This document shows, piece after piece, positions 37,294-47,490 of a stretch of 64,000 nucleotides of DNA (the first letter of the stretch is position 1; the number at the start of each line of letters is the position of its first letter). Location of the stretch: assembly GCA_030603365.1 (NCBI GenBank), contig JAUVXV010000003.1, forward strand, positions 128,001-192,000. Direction: 5' to 3'. The notes beneath the pieces were generated by a model, which worked only from the letters and a program-made list of their open reading frames with translations, ran no database searches and was not told where the DNA came from. A program made the translations under genes and the position numbers. This DNA comes from Candidatus Heimdallarchaeota archaeon. Its GTDB lineage: Archaea > Asgardarchaeota > Heimdallarchaeia > Heimdallarchaeales > Heimdallarchaeaceae.

Positions 37294-38061
37294 TTACAGT
37301 AAGTAGTCTACTGCTAAGTCATACATTTTGTTAAAACGTGCCTGTTTAGATTTCATATAGCGTATTAGTCTATCCAGAACTGTTATTCGATAAGCATGAC
37401 CTATGCAACTTGGATGACAGGTAAGAGTATAGATTTTCTTACCATCTTTTAGGTCTTCCATCTCTAATAATGCATCAAACTGTGATTTCCAAATATCAAA
37501 GACTTCTGTTGGTGATTTTTGATGAGTTTCAAAAAGAATCCAATCATCCATGAACCATTCGATTGGGAATTCAACAAGATTTCTAGGGGACTCAGGGACA
37601 GAATAGATATATGGTCTATCTTCATCCATGAAAGAGGAATCATATCGATACCCCATTTCTGCAATGATTGTTAGAGTATTTTTAGACATTTTCCAATAGG
37701 GGGCTCTGAACCCTTTGATACTGATATCTAGGTCCTCAAACAGCTTATCTGTATGTTCGTGAACAACAGTCTCTTCACTGAATTCAATTTTATCTAATTC
37801 TTCATGTAAATAACCATGTGCTCCAATTTCATGACCTTCATCTCTTATGGAAGCAACAGTTTCAGGATATTTTTCAACGACCCAACCACATACAAAGAAA
37901 GTTCCCTTTATATCGTACTTCTTTAGAAGTTCTAAAATACGAGGAACTCCTCTTTGAATCGCAAATTGACCTTTAGAGACCTTGACAGGTTCATCTCCTC
38001 TTCGGATTTGAGCGCTTTCAGCATCAAGATCAAAGGTTAGACAGACATCAATATTTTTCAT
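37294..38061 (-). CDS. Polysaccharide deacetylase (CE4, PuuE/PgdA-like)
   Basis: LTFDLD, GTFFV, GHEIGAHGYLH, GFRAP, YDSS, LTCHP. Confidence 0.92.
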   Translation of the reverse strand: MKNIDVCLTFDLDAESAQIRRGDEPVKVSKGQFAIQRGVPRILELLKKYDIKGTFFVCGWVVEKYPETVASIRDEGHEIGAHGYLHEELDKIEFSEETVVHEHTDKLFEDLDISIKGFRAPYWKMSKNTLTIIAEMGYRYDSSFMDEDRPYIYSVPESPRNLVEFPIEWFMDDWILFETHQKSPTEVFDIWKSQFDALLEMEDLKDGKKIYTLTCHPSCIGHAYRITVLDRLIRYMKSKQARFNKMYDLAVDYLL

Positions 38062-38164
38062 AATATAACAATAGGGGTTTTAAGAAGAAAAATGTTGTGC
38101 TTGGAATACAGCTATAACTTAAGAATTTCCTTAACCTTAAGTAAGTTAAATTTATAGAAATTTC

Positions 38165-38290
38165 TTGATTGAAATGCTTGAAACTCATTCTTGTTTTATT
38201 TGATTGCATAGGTGCATTTGTATTCATATTTCCTGTTGCAATATATTCTACATCAGGATATTTCTCATAAGTTGTTGGAAATAAATGAAG
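38165..38290 (-). pseudogene. Relic of a GNAT acetyltransferase C-terminus
   Basis: Minus strand reads YEKYPDVEYIATGNMNTNAPMQSNKTRMSFK, resembling TxNxxxNAPMxxINxRxGF; no start codon or N-terminal part. Confidence 0.55.
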
Positions 38291-38293
38291 ATT

Positions 38294-38773
38294 TTATGCT
38301 AAATAAATCTCCTTATCAGTCCATCTAGTGGATCTCTTGAAAAGCCAGATTATCTGCCCAAGATGTCTGAGTTCATGAAATATGAAACCTACTATAACAG
38401 CATGACGAGTTTTCTTTCCTCTAAAACTGTCCACTATTTCTGCTTCTTCTTGTCTTCCCAAGAAAGAAAGACGTTGTTTGATAATATCTGAAACAAGGAT
38501 GAATGAATCTCGTAGTTCATCTATACTCACTTTATTATTGCTTTCCTGACCTGTACTAATAGCAATATTCGGAGCTTCAAGTTTTTCTCCTCCTGGCAAA
38601 TTTTCTAATAGCCAGTAATTGCTCATGAGAATGTGTCGAAATAACTGTTCAGAGCTCCAAGTTTTCTTGGTTTCTGTAAAATGAAAGTGTTTTAAATCTA
38701 CTTTAGTAAATCTTTCAAGAATTCCTGATCTTTCCTCTTCAAGTAAGGAATAAAGTTGGAGTAAAGTTGGCAT
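38294..38773 (-). CDS. DinB family protein
   Basis: WS..QLFRHI, HELRHLGQI. Confidence 0.85.
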   Translation of the reverse strand: MPTLLQLYSLLEEERSGILERFTKVDLKHFHFTETKKTWSSEQLFRHILMSNYWLLENLPGGEKLEAPNIAISTGQESNNKVSIDELRDSFILVSDIIKQRLSFLGRQEEAEIVDSFRGKKTRHAVIVGFIFHELRHLGQIIWLFKRSTRWTDKEIYLA

Positions 38774-38890
38774 GAGTAAATGAATAGTTGAGAATTAATA
38801 AGGTTTACCAGAAAAATTTCAACCTCTATCTAATTTGTATGTGCCTATTCAGTTAGAGATAAGATTATAAGCTCTTCAACAATCAGCAAT

Positions 38891-39598
38891 TTGGTAACAA
38901 TGTCTGATGATTTTGACTTCGACAAATACTGGCTAAGGGTATTCTCTATGTGTTTAGACGACATAGCAGGAGAAGAAGTTAAGAAGAAAGTTCTAGAAGG
39001 TAGCGAAAATATCTCTTCTGATACAACAAGAGATGATGTCTTAGACTGGTCAAAAGGAGCTATGGAAAAGCTAGATAATCTTGTTGATGAAGAACAGAAA
39101 TACGAAATCATGACTGGTTGTTCTTGTCAATATCCAAGATCAAATCTACAAGAATTCAAACAACTTTATGCTGAAACACAAGATCTAGAATTAGTTCATA
39201 GTAAAATGCAAAATCAGTTCGAAACATTTCTAACTGAAACCTTGAAATTGGAAGAAAAATATGTTAAAGCGATAATTGAACGAAATATGGGTATGGCAGG
39301 AAAACTGGAAGGTAATAAAATTATCGCTACTAAAATTCCTAAAAGCGCATTTGTAAAAGAGTGGTTTGAAGAAACTGACCCTGACAAAAGAAGAGCGCTA
39401 TTTTGTCATTGTCCAAGAGTTAGAGATTCTCTCGTTGACCCAAATAAATCACTGCCTGAGCACTACTGTCTTTGTGGAGCTGGTTTCTATAGAGGAATTT
39501 GGGAAGAAATTCTTCAGAAATCTGTTAGAGTTGAAGTTTTAGAGACAGTCATGCAAGGAGATGAAGTTTGTAAGGTAGGTATTTTCCTTCCGGAATAA
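38891..39598 (+). CDS. Cys-containing V4R/ATC-hydrolase-like protein (DUF6144-like)
   Basis: MTGCSC, FCHCPRV, YCLCGAGF...VEVLETVMQGDEVC. Confidence 0.7.
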   Translation: MVTMSDDFDFDKYWLRVFSMCLDDIAGEEVKKKVLEGSENISSDTTRDDVLDWSKGAMEKLDNLVDEEQKYEIMTGCSCQYPRSNLQEFKQLYAETQDLELVHSKMQNQFETFLTETLKLEEKYVKAIIERNMGMAGKLEGNKIIATKIPKSAFVKEWFEETDPDKRRALFCHCPRVRDSLVDPNKSLPEHYCLCGAGFYRGIWEEILQKSVRVEVLETVMQGDEVCKVGIFLPE

Positions 39599-39628
39599 AT
39601 TAATAAATAACAAATTTAAGAAATCTTC

Positions 39629-40891
39629 ATGAGTAAATCTAAAGTATTCATGGTAAGTACAGAAAATATTTTTCGTGACGATTCATTAATTGATCGTCTA
39701 GAGTCATTATGGAATGATGAAAATGTTGGTTTAAGTGAATGGATAAAACCAAATGAAATTGTTATTATAAAGACTCATTTTGGAAGTAGGAATCAGACTC
39801 GTCATTTAAGACCAATGTATATTAGAAAAGTAGTTGATCTGGTTAGAGAAGCAGGCGGAATTCCATGGGTCTGTGAAGGTGTAGGATTGGGTTGGGATGA
39901 AGCCAATAAAGAGTTAACAATGTCTAATGGACCCGGATTTCTTAACTTGGGAAACCAACATGGTATAAATACTGGTTCTATGAATGCTCCAGTTATAATG
40001 GATGATGGAGTGATTGGGACTGAAGTATTCAAAGTAAAAAATGAGAACGGTAAATATATCCAAGATGTAGCTGTTGCAATGGGACTGAAAATAGCTGATA
40101 AGACAATAATTCTCTCTCGATTCAAAGGGCATGATGGTGCTGGATTCGGAGGTGCATTGAAACAGCTGGGAATTGGTTGTGTTGGTAAAGAAGGAAAAGG
40201 AGGAGCTCATTTTGGTGGTGGGCACAATATTCATGTCAAGAATCCTGATAATTGTACCGCTTGTGGTAAATGTATCCGCATATGTCCTACACAATGTCTT
40301 TCTCTTGATGAAAACAATAAAATTGTTCATGATGCAGATAACTGTATAGCTTGTTTGATGTGTTTTGCTAAATGTCATTATGGTATTAAACCCGAGGAAA
40401 TGGAAGAGAGACAAGTTTTTGCTAGAAAGAAACGTGTTCCTAGTGTAGAGCAAGTTGAACGGATGATGGATAATGCCGCAGGAGTTGTAAAAGGTGTTGG
40501 TGAAGATAGACTTAGATACATAAACATCGCAATCGATATTACTAGTCATTGCGATTGTGCAACAGCTGGTGGGAATCTTCTTGTACCTGATTTAGGAATC
40601 TTTTATTCTGAGGATCCAATAGCGATTGACCAAGCATGTGTTGATTTAGTCACTCAATCTCCAGGAATGCCAAAATCACCTGCAGAAACTGGAATTAAAG
40701 CGCCAATGGCAACAATAGATCCAATACCTGAAGCAATGGAAGCAGGAGCGGAAAAACTAGGTTTGTTCAGTATTTGGGTAGATGAAGAATCTAGACCAAT
40801 TATTACTGAATCCCAACTGTCAAGTGCTCATGCTCAAGGATTAGGATCTCGAGAATACGAGCTTATTGATTTAACACCTAAGAAGGATTAG
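39629..40891 (+). CDS. DUF362-domain Fe-S protein with 2x[4Fe-4S] ferredoxin insert
   Basis: IKTHFG, FKGH..AGFGGALKQLGIGC, CTACGKC...CP, CIACLMC...C, CDC, DPIAIDQAC. Confidence 0.92.
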   Translation: MSKSKVFMVSTENIFRDDSLIDRLESLWNDENVGLSEWIKPNEIVIIKTHFGSRNQTRHLRPMYIRKVVDLVREAGGIPWVCEGVGLGWDEANKELTMSNGPGFLNLGNQHGINTGSMNAPVIMDDGVIGTEVFKVKNENGKYIQDVAVAMGLKIADKTIILSRFKGHDGAGFGGALKQLGIGCVGKEGKGGAHFGGGHNIHVKNPDNCTACGKCIRICPTQCLSLDENNKIVHDADNCIACLMCFAKCHYGIKPEEMEERQVFARKKRVPSVEQVERMMDNAAGVVKGVGEDRLRYINIAIDITSHCDCATAGGNLLVPDLGIFYSEDPIAIDQACVDLVTQSPGMPKSPAETGIKAPMATIDPIPEAMEAGAEKLGLFSIWVDEESRPIITESQLSSAHAQGLGSREYELIDLTPKKD

Positions 40892-40954
40892 AGATTTTAC
40901 CACGTTTAAAAGTAAAATCTTTTAAATTACTTTTTTTGCATATCACGACCTCTA

Positions 40955-41638
40955 GTGAATGTTGTTAGAATAGTTCTTCTTACAGTTTTTTGTTTAATCT
41001 CTATGATCCATTTACTTGGAGAATATTTCTCCGAAAGAGGAAAAGAACGTTCTATATTAATCCGTTATATCACAAAACCTCTATTGATACCAATTTTGAT
41101 AGTATTCTATGTTATTGCAAACCCTTCAATAAATTGGTGGATTGTAGTTGCACTTATTGGTGGTTTTCTTGGAGATGTCTTTCTAATGATTCCTGATCCA
41201 GAGAAGAAAAAATTCTGGTTAAAGATAGGTCTAATCTCATTTCTACTAGGGCATATTTTCTATATTGTTGCCTTTATTCTAACAGCCCAGAATTTCAACC
41301 ATTATCAGTGGTGGAGTGTATTTTTGGCTATCCCATTTGTAATTGGAGCACTAATAGCTCATCCTAGAATGACGAAACACACTGGAGATATGACAATAGC
41401 TGTTACAGCGTATATTATTGTAATAGCATTGATGGGAATCAGTACAACTTTCTTACTAGGGTTTGGAACAGTAATAGGTTTTGTTCTTCTCTATATTGGA
41501 GCTTGGGCTTTTGCTATCTCTGATATCTTAAATGGTATTGGTAAATTCATTAACGATTTCAAGTATGAACGAGTTATCACAATGTTTACATATGTACTGG
41601 GGCAATTGTTACTTGTCTTGGGAATGATATATTCATGA
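40955..41638 (+). CDS. YhhN/TMEM86 lysoplasmalogenase-family membrane protein
   Basis: TKPL, GDVFL, GLISFLLGHIFY, FAISD, TYVLGQ. Confidence 0.9.
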   Translation: MNVVRIVLLTVFCLISMIHLLGEYFSERGKERSILIRYITKPLLIPILIVFYVIANPSINWWIVVALIGGFLGDVFLMIPDPEKKKFWLKIGLISFLLGHIFYIVAFILTAQNFNHYQWWSVFLAIPFVIGALIAHPRMTKHTGDMTIAVTAYIIVIALMGISTTFLLGFGTVIGFVLLYIGAWAFAISDILNGIGKFINDFKYERVITMFTYVLGQLLLVLGMIYS

Positions 41639-41645
41639 AGAATTC

Positions 41646-42878
41646 TTATTCCATAAGAACAACCAAAGTTGACCAACCAAAGTTTTCTGCACCTGCTCCT
41701 TCTCCAGTTATTGGATTATAAAATTCTCTAAATCCAGATTTTATTACAAGTTCTTTTGACTTCTTAGCTAAATCATCAGCAAGTTTAATTTCTTCTTGTT
41801 TCTTCAAACCTAACCAGATAAAGTAATTAGTATTAATCCAAGTAGGTCCTCTCCAAAGTAAAGGAGAATCTTTAGGGTTGAATGATTTTTCAGTCATAGA
41901 TACAGTTGGTACAGGATACTTAGCCCAATATTCATTTTTATTTGTAAGATGATCGATGAGTCTATCCTTCATATCTAATGGGATATCTAACATTAATGGG
42001 AGAAGAGATGAAATTGTGGAGACTTTGATTTGGGGATTATCTTGGTTATTCATATCTAAATCATAGAATAGTCCATCCTTATCATTCCAACATTTTTCAA
42101 TTAAACTGTTGGTCACAGTGTTTTTCAGATTCTGTAGGTTTTGCATTTCTTTTGCTAAATTCAGGATTTTAAGAGCTTTGATGAAAGCAGTCATCCCACC
42201 CAAGAACAAAGTATTTGTTAAGACACATTTAACCTTGAAGCTAGAATGTTTAGCCATCTCCTTTTGATTCCATTGGTATTTATTGTACTCCTTTAGTAGA
42301 CCTCTCATTCTCCTCCATTGTTTGATTCGAAGCAGTTTCGTATCTGTTAAGTTTAGGTCAAATTTAGGGGAAGAATCTAGCCCACTCTCCCATGGATGAA
42401 CTATGCTAATTAACCCTGATTTTTCAGGATCTCGAACTTCGAAAAGATGCATATAATACTGATAGGTAGCTTGAACAAGATTGCTGACTTTTTTGTGATT
42501 TTCTTTAACTAATCTTAAGAGCGGATAACCGATTATTGGGGGTTGAATCAGCTCAGAATAGTTTTTTGTTGGATACAATCGATCAAAAATCCACCAGTAA
42601 GGATTGGTTTTTTTATAATTCCAAAATATCATGTGGGGGAAAAGAATTTTCTGTCCTTTACCAATAAATAAACTCTCTAACTCCTTAAATGCTCTATCTT
42701 TATTTCCAAGTTTAAACCAAACTAGACTATGCAAGCAACTATCCCAAAACCATTGTTGGTCATAGATACCTGGACTAGGGGCTGTAAAAACTATATCTTC
42801 ATTTCTACTCTCTTCTGCATTTTTCTTGAGAATTGTGTTTGCAGATAGAAGTTTTTTAGCCTTTCCCAAAAGATCCAT
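41646..42878 (-). CDS. GH63/MGH1-like (alpha/alpha)6 glycoside hydrolase (probable start MDLLG at 42878)
   Basis: PSPGIYDQQWFWDS, QPP, HPWESGLDSSPKFD, WRGPTWIN, GFREFYNP.TGEG.GA..FGWS. Confidence 0.9.
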   Translation of the reverse strand: MDLLGKAKKLLSANTILKKNAEESRNEDIVFTAPSPGIYDQQWFWDSCLHSLVWFKLGNKDRAFKELESLFIGKGQKILFPHMIFWNYKKTNPYWWIFDRLYPTKNYSELIQPPIIGYPLLRLVKENHKKVSNLVQATYQYYMHLFEVRDPEKSGLISIVHPWESGLDSSPKFDLNLTDTKLLRIKQWRRMRGLLKEYNKYQWNQKEMAKHSSFKVKCVLTNTLFLGGMTAFIKALKILNLAKEMQNLQNLKNTVTNSLIEKCWNDKDGLFYDLDMNNQDNPQIKVSTISSLLPLMLDIPLDMKDRLIDHLTNKNEYWAKYPVPTVSMTEKSFNPKDSPLLWRGPTWINTNYFIWLGLKKQEEIKLADDLAKKSKELVIKSGFREFYNPITGEGAGAENFGWSTLVVLME

Positions 42879-42973
42879 GTTTACCAAATAACATCTTAAT
42901 ATTTGACTTTTTTCTCTTGTTTCAATCGACTCTTGTAAAAAACATTTTTTTATAACTTCAAGAATCAATATCT

Positions 42974-44098
42974 ATGGCTTTTATTGGTCACTTTATCGTG
43001 GGATTAAGTATTATTATACCATTATATCTATTTAATCGAGAAAATTTCAATTACAAAGTTGCTGTGATTTTTGTCCTAAGTAATTGGTTAGGTCCTGATT
43101 CAGCTCAAGCTTATTTCTTTCTTAAATGGGATTTTACAAGTTTTGAATGGGATTTCCATTATCTTTTGCCTTTCTTACTCTGGTCTGTTCTATTGGCATT
43201 CTTATACTCTTATATGTCTAGATTCTCAGTTGTAAGATTAGGACGTATCTTAAGGATAAACGATGATGGATATAAAACACTAGATTGGAAAAATGCTTAT
43301 TTTCTTGCTGTTTCAGGGGGAATTATTCATACTATAACCGATACATTATCTCGTAAAAACCTGAAAGTCAAGTTTTTTGATTCTTTTATTGAACCTACAA
43401 TAATTGACCTGCAATATATTGGAGCAGATTTGGGTATTCAAACAAAAGATCTACAGATTATTACTTATTTCATCATGATAGTTTTTACATTCTTGTTATT
43501 TTTTGTTTTCAAGCAAAAAATGAGAGATATTCTAATTTATTTTGGTTCTTTGATTGTTGTTATAGTAGTTGGAGGATTAGCAATAGGTGATGGTTTTTTA
43601 GGTGGAGAATACGATATAGGAGTAACAATTTCTTCAATAATTTTTGTTTTCATCCCTCTGATGTTGCTAATGTATGTTTTCTATGATGTTCGCAAGAATC
43701 CCAAAGATTCAGAAATTAAAAATGAAGAAAAGAAGCGTTCTAATCATAAAGAAAATCTGATTGCTATATCCATAATAACGATCATCATTGCTGGAATAGT
43801 TCTTGCTCTTGGAATTCTAAGCATTACGAAAGTAGAATTTCTTGTTAGTTCTCTTGATTTCAGTGATATTGTGTTCACTATTCTAGGAGTGCTATTAACT
43901 TTAATTGGATCATGTGGAGTGTTAAGTGGAATTGGATTAATTCTAGAAATTAATGTCGCAAGAATAACCACAATGATATTATTTTCATTATTACTAATCT
44001 TTGTTTTTCCACTAGCTATAGTTCTTTATTTATCTCAAAATGAAGTAATTGTTCTGTTTAAAAATAAAGAAAGAATGAAAAAAGAGAATGAGATTTAA
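42974..44098 (+). CDS. Membrane protein, probable metal-dependent hydrolase (YdjM-like)
   Basis: GH near the N-terminus, LGPD, FH, HTITD; many TM helices. Confidence 0.6.
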   Translation: MAFIGHFIVGLSIIIPLYLFNRENFNYKVAVIFVLSNWLGPDSAQAYFFLKWDFTSFEWDFHYLLPFLLWSVLLAFLYSYMSRFSVVRLGRILRINDDGYKTLDWKNAYFLAVSGGIIHTITDTLSRKNLKVKFFDSFIEPTIIDLQYIGADLGIQTKDLQIITYFIMIVFTFLLFFVFKQKMRDILIYFGSLIVVIVVGGLAIGDGFLGGEYDIGVTISSIIFVFIPLMLLMYVFYDVRKNPKDSEIKNEEKKRSNHKENLIAISIITIIIAGIVLALGILSITKVEFLVSSLDFSDIVFTILGVLLTLIGSCGVLSGIGLILEINVARITTMILFSLLLIFVFPLAIVLYLSQNEVIVLFKNKERMKKENEI

Positions 44099-45588
44099 TA
44101 GCTCCTTGCAATATAGATAGTCTCGTGAGCAGGATTGCCGCATACTAGGCATTTCTCGAAAGACCTTGTTTCTGAATCCACTTTCTTTCCTCTTACGTAT
44201 GCTTTTACTTCTTTTTCAACAACTTCAGCACAAGTCTCGCCTTCAAGATCTATTGAACAAAAACCTGCACAGGCAATTTTGTTGTCTCCTATTGCTTTCT
44301 TAACTTCATCTATAGTATTTGTTTCAACTACTTGAGATTCAAATTGGACTGCATATTTCTCTTTTAGTTGTTTTGTAAATTTCTTCGAAAATTCTTTGAT
44401 GAATTTCTCTAACTCTTCTTGTTTCACCTTTAATTTCTCTCCAGAAATTCTATTTACTGCAACAATTTGATTGTTCTCAATATCTTTAGGTCCAATTTCA
44501 ATACGTAAAGGAACTCCTTTCAATTCCCATTCATTGAATTTTTCTCCAGGACTAACATAATCTCTATCATCTAATTTGATGTATACATCACCTAGATAGT
44601 CTTCTATGGTCTTGGTAAGCTCTTTAGCTTTCTCTAAAACTAAATCTTTTGAATCTGCTCTATAAATGGGGATAATAACCATCTGAATTGGAGCTAAATC
44701 CCAAGGTAGAACGAGCCCTTGATCATCACCAAGTAAAGCTATCATAGCTCCATAGATTCTACTGATTGCAGGACCGTAACATGTGATATAACCAAACTTC
44801 TCTTCATTGTCTTTATCGATGAATGTGACATTGAATGGTTTTGAGAAATTCTGTCCCAATAGATGAGTAGAAGGTAGTTGTAGTACTCTCCCTGAATCCA
44901 TCAAAGCATCAGCTGCATATGTGTGAACAGCGCCAGCAAACTTGTCCCATTCAGGCCTTTGAAAGAAGATTATTGGAATAGCAAATTCATCTTGAAGCAT
45001 CTCATATGTTGTTTCCATATCTTCAACAACTTGTTGTCTTGCTTCTTCTTCTGTAGCAAAGACATCATGTGATTCTATCCAATGAAACTCTCGTGCTCTG
45101 AAGAAAACTCGAGTATCTCCACCTTCGTAACGGAAAACTTGACCCGAAACATATCTCTTGAAAGGTAAATCATTATAGCTTCTTATCCACAAAGAATACA
45201 TCTGATATAATGCTGTTTCACTAGTAGGACGTAAAGCTAGTTTTTCTTCTAGTTTCTTTTCACCACCATGAGTAACCCAGAAAACTTGAGGAGAAAATCC
45301 TTCAACATGATCCGCCTCTAACTTGAAATTTCTTTCAGGAATAAGGGTGGGCATGATTAAGGGTAAATGTCCCTTCTTTTCAAGACATTTTTCGTATTTT
45401 TCATACATTCTTTTAATTGTTACTGAAGCCCAAGCTCTGTACGGTACTAAACCCTTGATGTTATATCTAATATCTGCAAGTTCTGCCTTTTGAATTAGTT
45501 CAGTGTACCATTGAGAAAAGTCGTCGCTTTTCTTTACAGAAATTCCTTTCATTTTTTCCTTTGACATAGTATCATGCATTCTGAACAA
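44095..45588 (-). CDS. proS: Prolyl-tRNA synthetase, archaeal/eukaryotic type (start may be 45567)
   Basis: DFSQWY, LALRPTSET, FRYE, HLLGQNFSKPF, WELKGVPLRIEIGPKD, C-terminal ARSY. Confidence 0.97.
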   Translation of the reverse strand: MFRMHDTMSKEKMKGISVKKSDDFSQWYTELIQKAELADIRYNIKGLVPYRAWASVTIKRMYEKYEKCLEKKGHLPLIMPTLIPERNFKLEADHVEGFSPQVFWVTHGGEKKLEEKLALRPTSETALYQMYSLWIRSYNDLPFKRYVSGQVFRYEGGDTRVFFRAREFHWIESHDVFATEEEARQQVVEDMETTYEMLQDEFAIPIIFFQRPEWDKFAGAVHTYAADALMDSGRVLQLPSTHLLGQNFSKPFNVTFIDKDNEEKFGYITCYGPAISRIYGAMIALLGDDQGLVLPWDLAPIQMVIIPIYRADSKDLVLEKAKELTKTIEDYLGDVYIKLDDRDYVSPGEKFNEWELKGVPLRIEIGPKDIENNQIVAVNRISGEKLKVKQEELEKFIKEFSKKFTKQLKEKYAVQFESQVVETNTIDEVKKAIGDNKIACAGFCSIDLEGETCAEVVEKEVKAYVRGKKVDSETRSFEKCLVCGNPAHETIYIARSY

Positions 45589-45708
45589 AAGGGGTTTATT
45601 AGTGTTTCAGTTTTTGAAGTTTTTTTAAAAACGCAGAAAAAGTGACCAATAAATATTTATTCAATTATTCAGCTATTCCCGTATTCAGAAATTCACCGAA
45701 CTAAGCTT

Positions 45709-46644
45709 ATGAATAAACGAGAGATGAGAAACATGGGAAACATGCCGTTTCATAATAACGAATCTATACAGCTGTTCATTCTTGAATCATTAGATGAGAT
45801 TGCAGATTTTCATAAAGCTTTAGACCATCCAACCAGATTGGAAATACTTGCAAGACTACTTACTGAACCACTAGAGTTTAGCGAATTACAAGAAGCAATG
45901 AAAATAGCAAAAACATCTTTAGCTAATCATATTACAACTCTGATGGAATGTGGGTTAGTCGAGAAAATAGAACGAGGACTCTATCAGATTTCATTTGATG
46001 GTGAGGATTTACTTAAGAATTCAGCTAAAACTTTCCTTGAGATAAAAATTCGAGAACAGGAAAGGCTTGAATCCCTTAGATTACGCTATGAGGCGTTAAT
46101 CAACAAATACACAGTATTAGGCAGTGAAAAAGAAATGGTTAAAGAAAATGATTTCAAAAAAGTAACTTTACCAGAAATGAGAGTTGTATCCTTTCATGCT
46201 ATGGGTGAATTTTTAGGCGCTCCTGAACCAAAAGCAGGAGAAAAATTGTACACATGGGCAGAACCATTAGGTCTATATGATGAACCCAAAAAGCATAGAG
46301 TCTTCGGTTTCAATAATCCAGATCCAAAATATGATAAAGGACTTGGAAAATTTATCATAAACAAAGAAAATCCATATGGTTATGAATTTTGGATGACCAT
46401 AGATGATGATTTTGAAGTTGATGATAGTTTGACAGTTAAAACAATTCCTGAAGGTTTATTCATAACTAAGAGTTGTTTAGGAGTAAATGATTTGGGGAGA
46501 GTTTGGAAAGAATTAGGTAACTGGGTTAAGGAAAGTAAAGAATATAGATTTGGACCACACCAGTGCTTGGAAGAAAATACTAACCCTAAAATAAGTGATG
46601 GAAATAAAATCCCATTCATTCTGTATTTTCCAATCAAAAAATAG
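45709..46644 (+). CDS. ArsR-type wHTH regulator fused to a GyrI-like effector-binding domain
   Basis: ALDHPTRLEIL, LANHITTL..GLV; LPEMRV, FGFNNP, YGYEFW, CLEE. Confidence 0.88.
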   Translation: MNKREMRNMGNMPFHNNESIQLFILESLDEIADFHKALDHPTRLEILARLLTEPLEFSELQEAMKIAKTSLANHITTLMECGLVEKIERGLYQISFDGEDLLKNSAKTFLEIKIREQERLESLRLRYEALINKYTVLGSEKEMVKENDFKKVTLPEMRVVSFHAMGEFLGAPEPKAGEKLYTWAEPLGLYDEPKKHRVFGFNNPDPKYDKGLGKFIINKENPYGYEFWMTIDDDFEVDDSLTVKTIPEGLFITKSCLGVNDLGRVWKELGNWVKESKEYRFGPHQCLEENTNPKISDGNKIPFILYFPIKK

Positions 46645-46652
46645 AAGGAACA

Positions 46653-46674
46653 CTTTCTTTTCTTTTTTTCTTTT
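46653..46674 (+). terminator. Oligo-T terminator
   Basis: T-rich tract after stop 46644. Confidence 0.55.
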
Positions 46675-46901
46675 ATGTATTATTGACTGTGCGCTAATCC
46701 CAACATGTAAGGCAAAATTTTTCCAGCTCTGTGTTCAACAGTTGCGCACATATGGGTGAAATTATCACGACATAGACTTTTTGTCGGGAAACTGTACAAA
46801 ATAAGCTATTTCTGGGGTTCTAAAATATTTTAACCAACCAAAAGGCATATATTATATTGTTTTTACTAGTTATAAGTAGACAGCTTTAAATGGTGTTTTA
46901 A

Positions 46902-47480
46902 TTGGAAACAAAGAAATTTAAAATCACTCTATTGGGCGAAGGGGCTGTCGGAAAAACCTCTCTGCGAAAGAACTTCTTAGGGGAAACTTTCGAAAGAGAT
47001 TATATGATGACTTTAGGAGCAGATTTTGCTACCAAAACTATTGAAACTGATGATTTTGATGTCACTTTAATAATTTGGGATTTAGCAGGTCAGCCTCGAT
47101 TTTCAATTGTCAGAGAAGGGTTTTACAAAGGTACCAGGGGAGCTTTGCTGGTTTTTGATTTAACTCGTCCTGATACATATGAACATTTAGCTGACTGGGT
47201 AAGAGAGTTACTCAAGAACAATAGTAACAAGAAAGTACCTCTAGTACTTATTGGCAACAAATCAGATCTTCGGGGTTCACTTCATACAACTATTCCAGCA
47301 GAATATGGAGAGAAATACGCTAAAGCACTTTCTCAGTGGAGTGGATATGAAATTCCATATATTGAAACCTCAGCTAGATATGGGGATAATGTGGAAAAAG
47401 CTTTTCAGATTCTGATTAAGCAAATTATTAAAAGCACACAGACAGAGGCTATACAGCATTATCTAAAAGGAGAACTATAA
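46902..47480 (+). CDS. Rab-like small GTPase
   Basis: GEGAVGKT, Y..TLGADF, IWDLAGQPRF, FYKG..GALLVFD, GNKSD, ETSA; no C-terminal Cys prenylation motif. Confidence 0.93.
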   Translation: METKKFKITLLGEGAVGKTSLRKNFLGETFERDYMMTLGADFATKTIETDDFDVTLIIWDLAGQPRFSIVREGFYKGTRGALLVFDLTRPDTYEHLADWVRELLKNNSNKKVPLVLIGNKSDLRGSLHTTIPAEYGEKYAKALSQWSGYEIPYIETSARYGDNVEKAFQILIKQIIKSTQTEAIQHYLKGEL

Positions 47481-47490
47481 CTCCTAATAT

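Noticed and set aside
39802-40549. Antisense ORFs of 107 and 211 aa
   Set aside because: They lie wholly opposite the well-supported DUF362 gene and have no motifs; the same applies to the other short overlapping ORFs in the track
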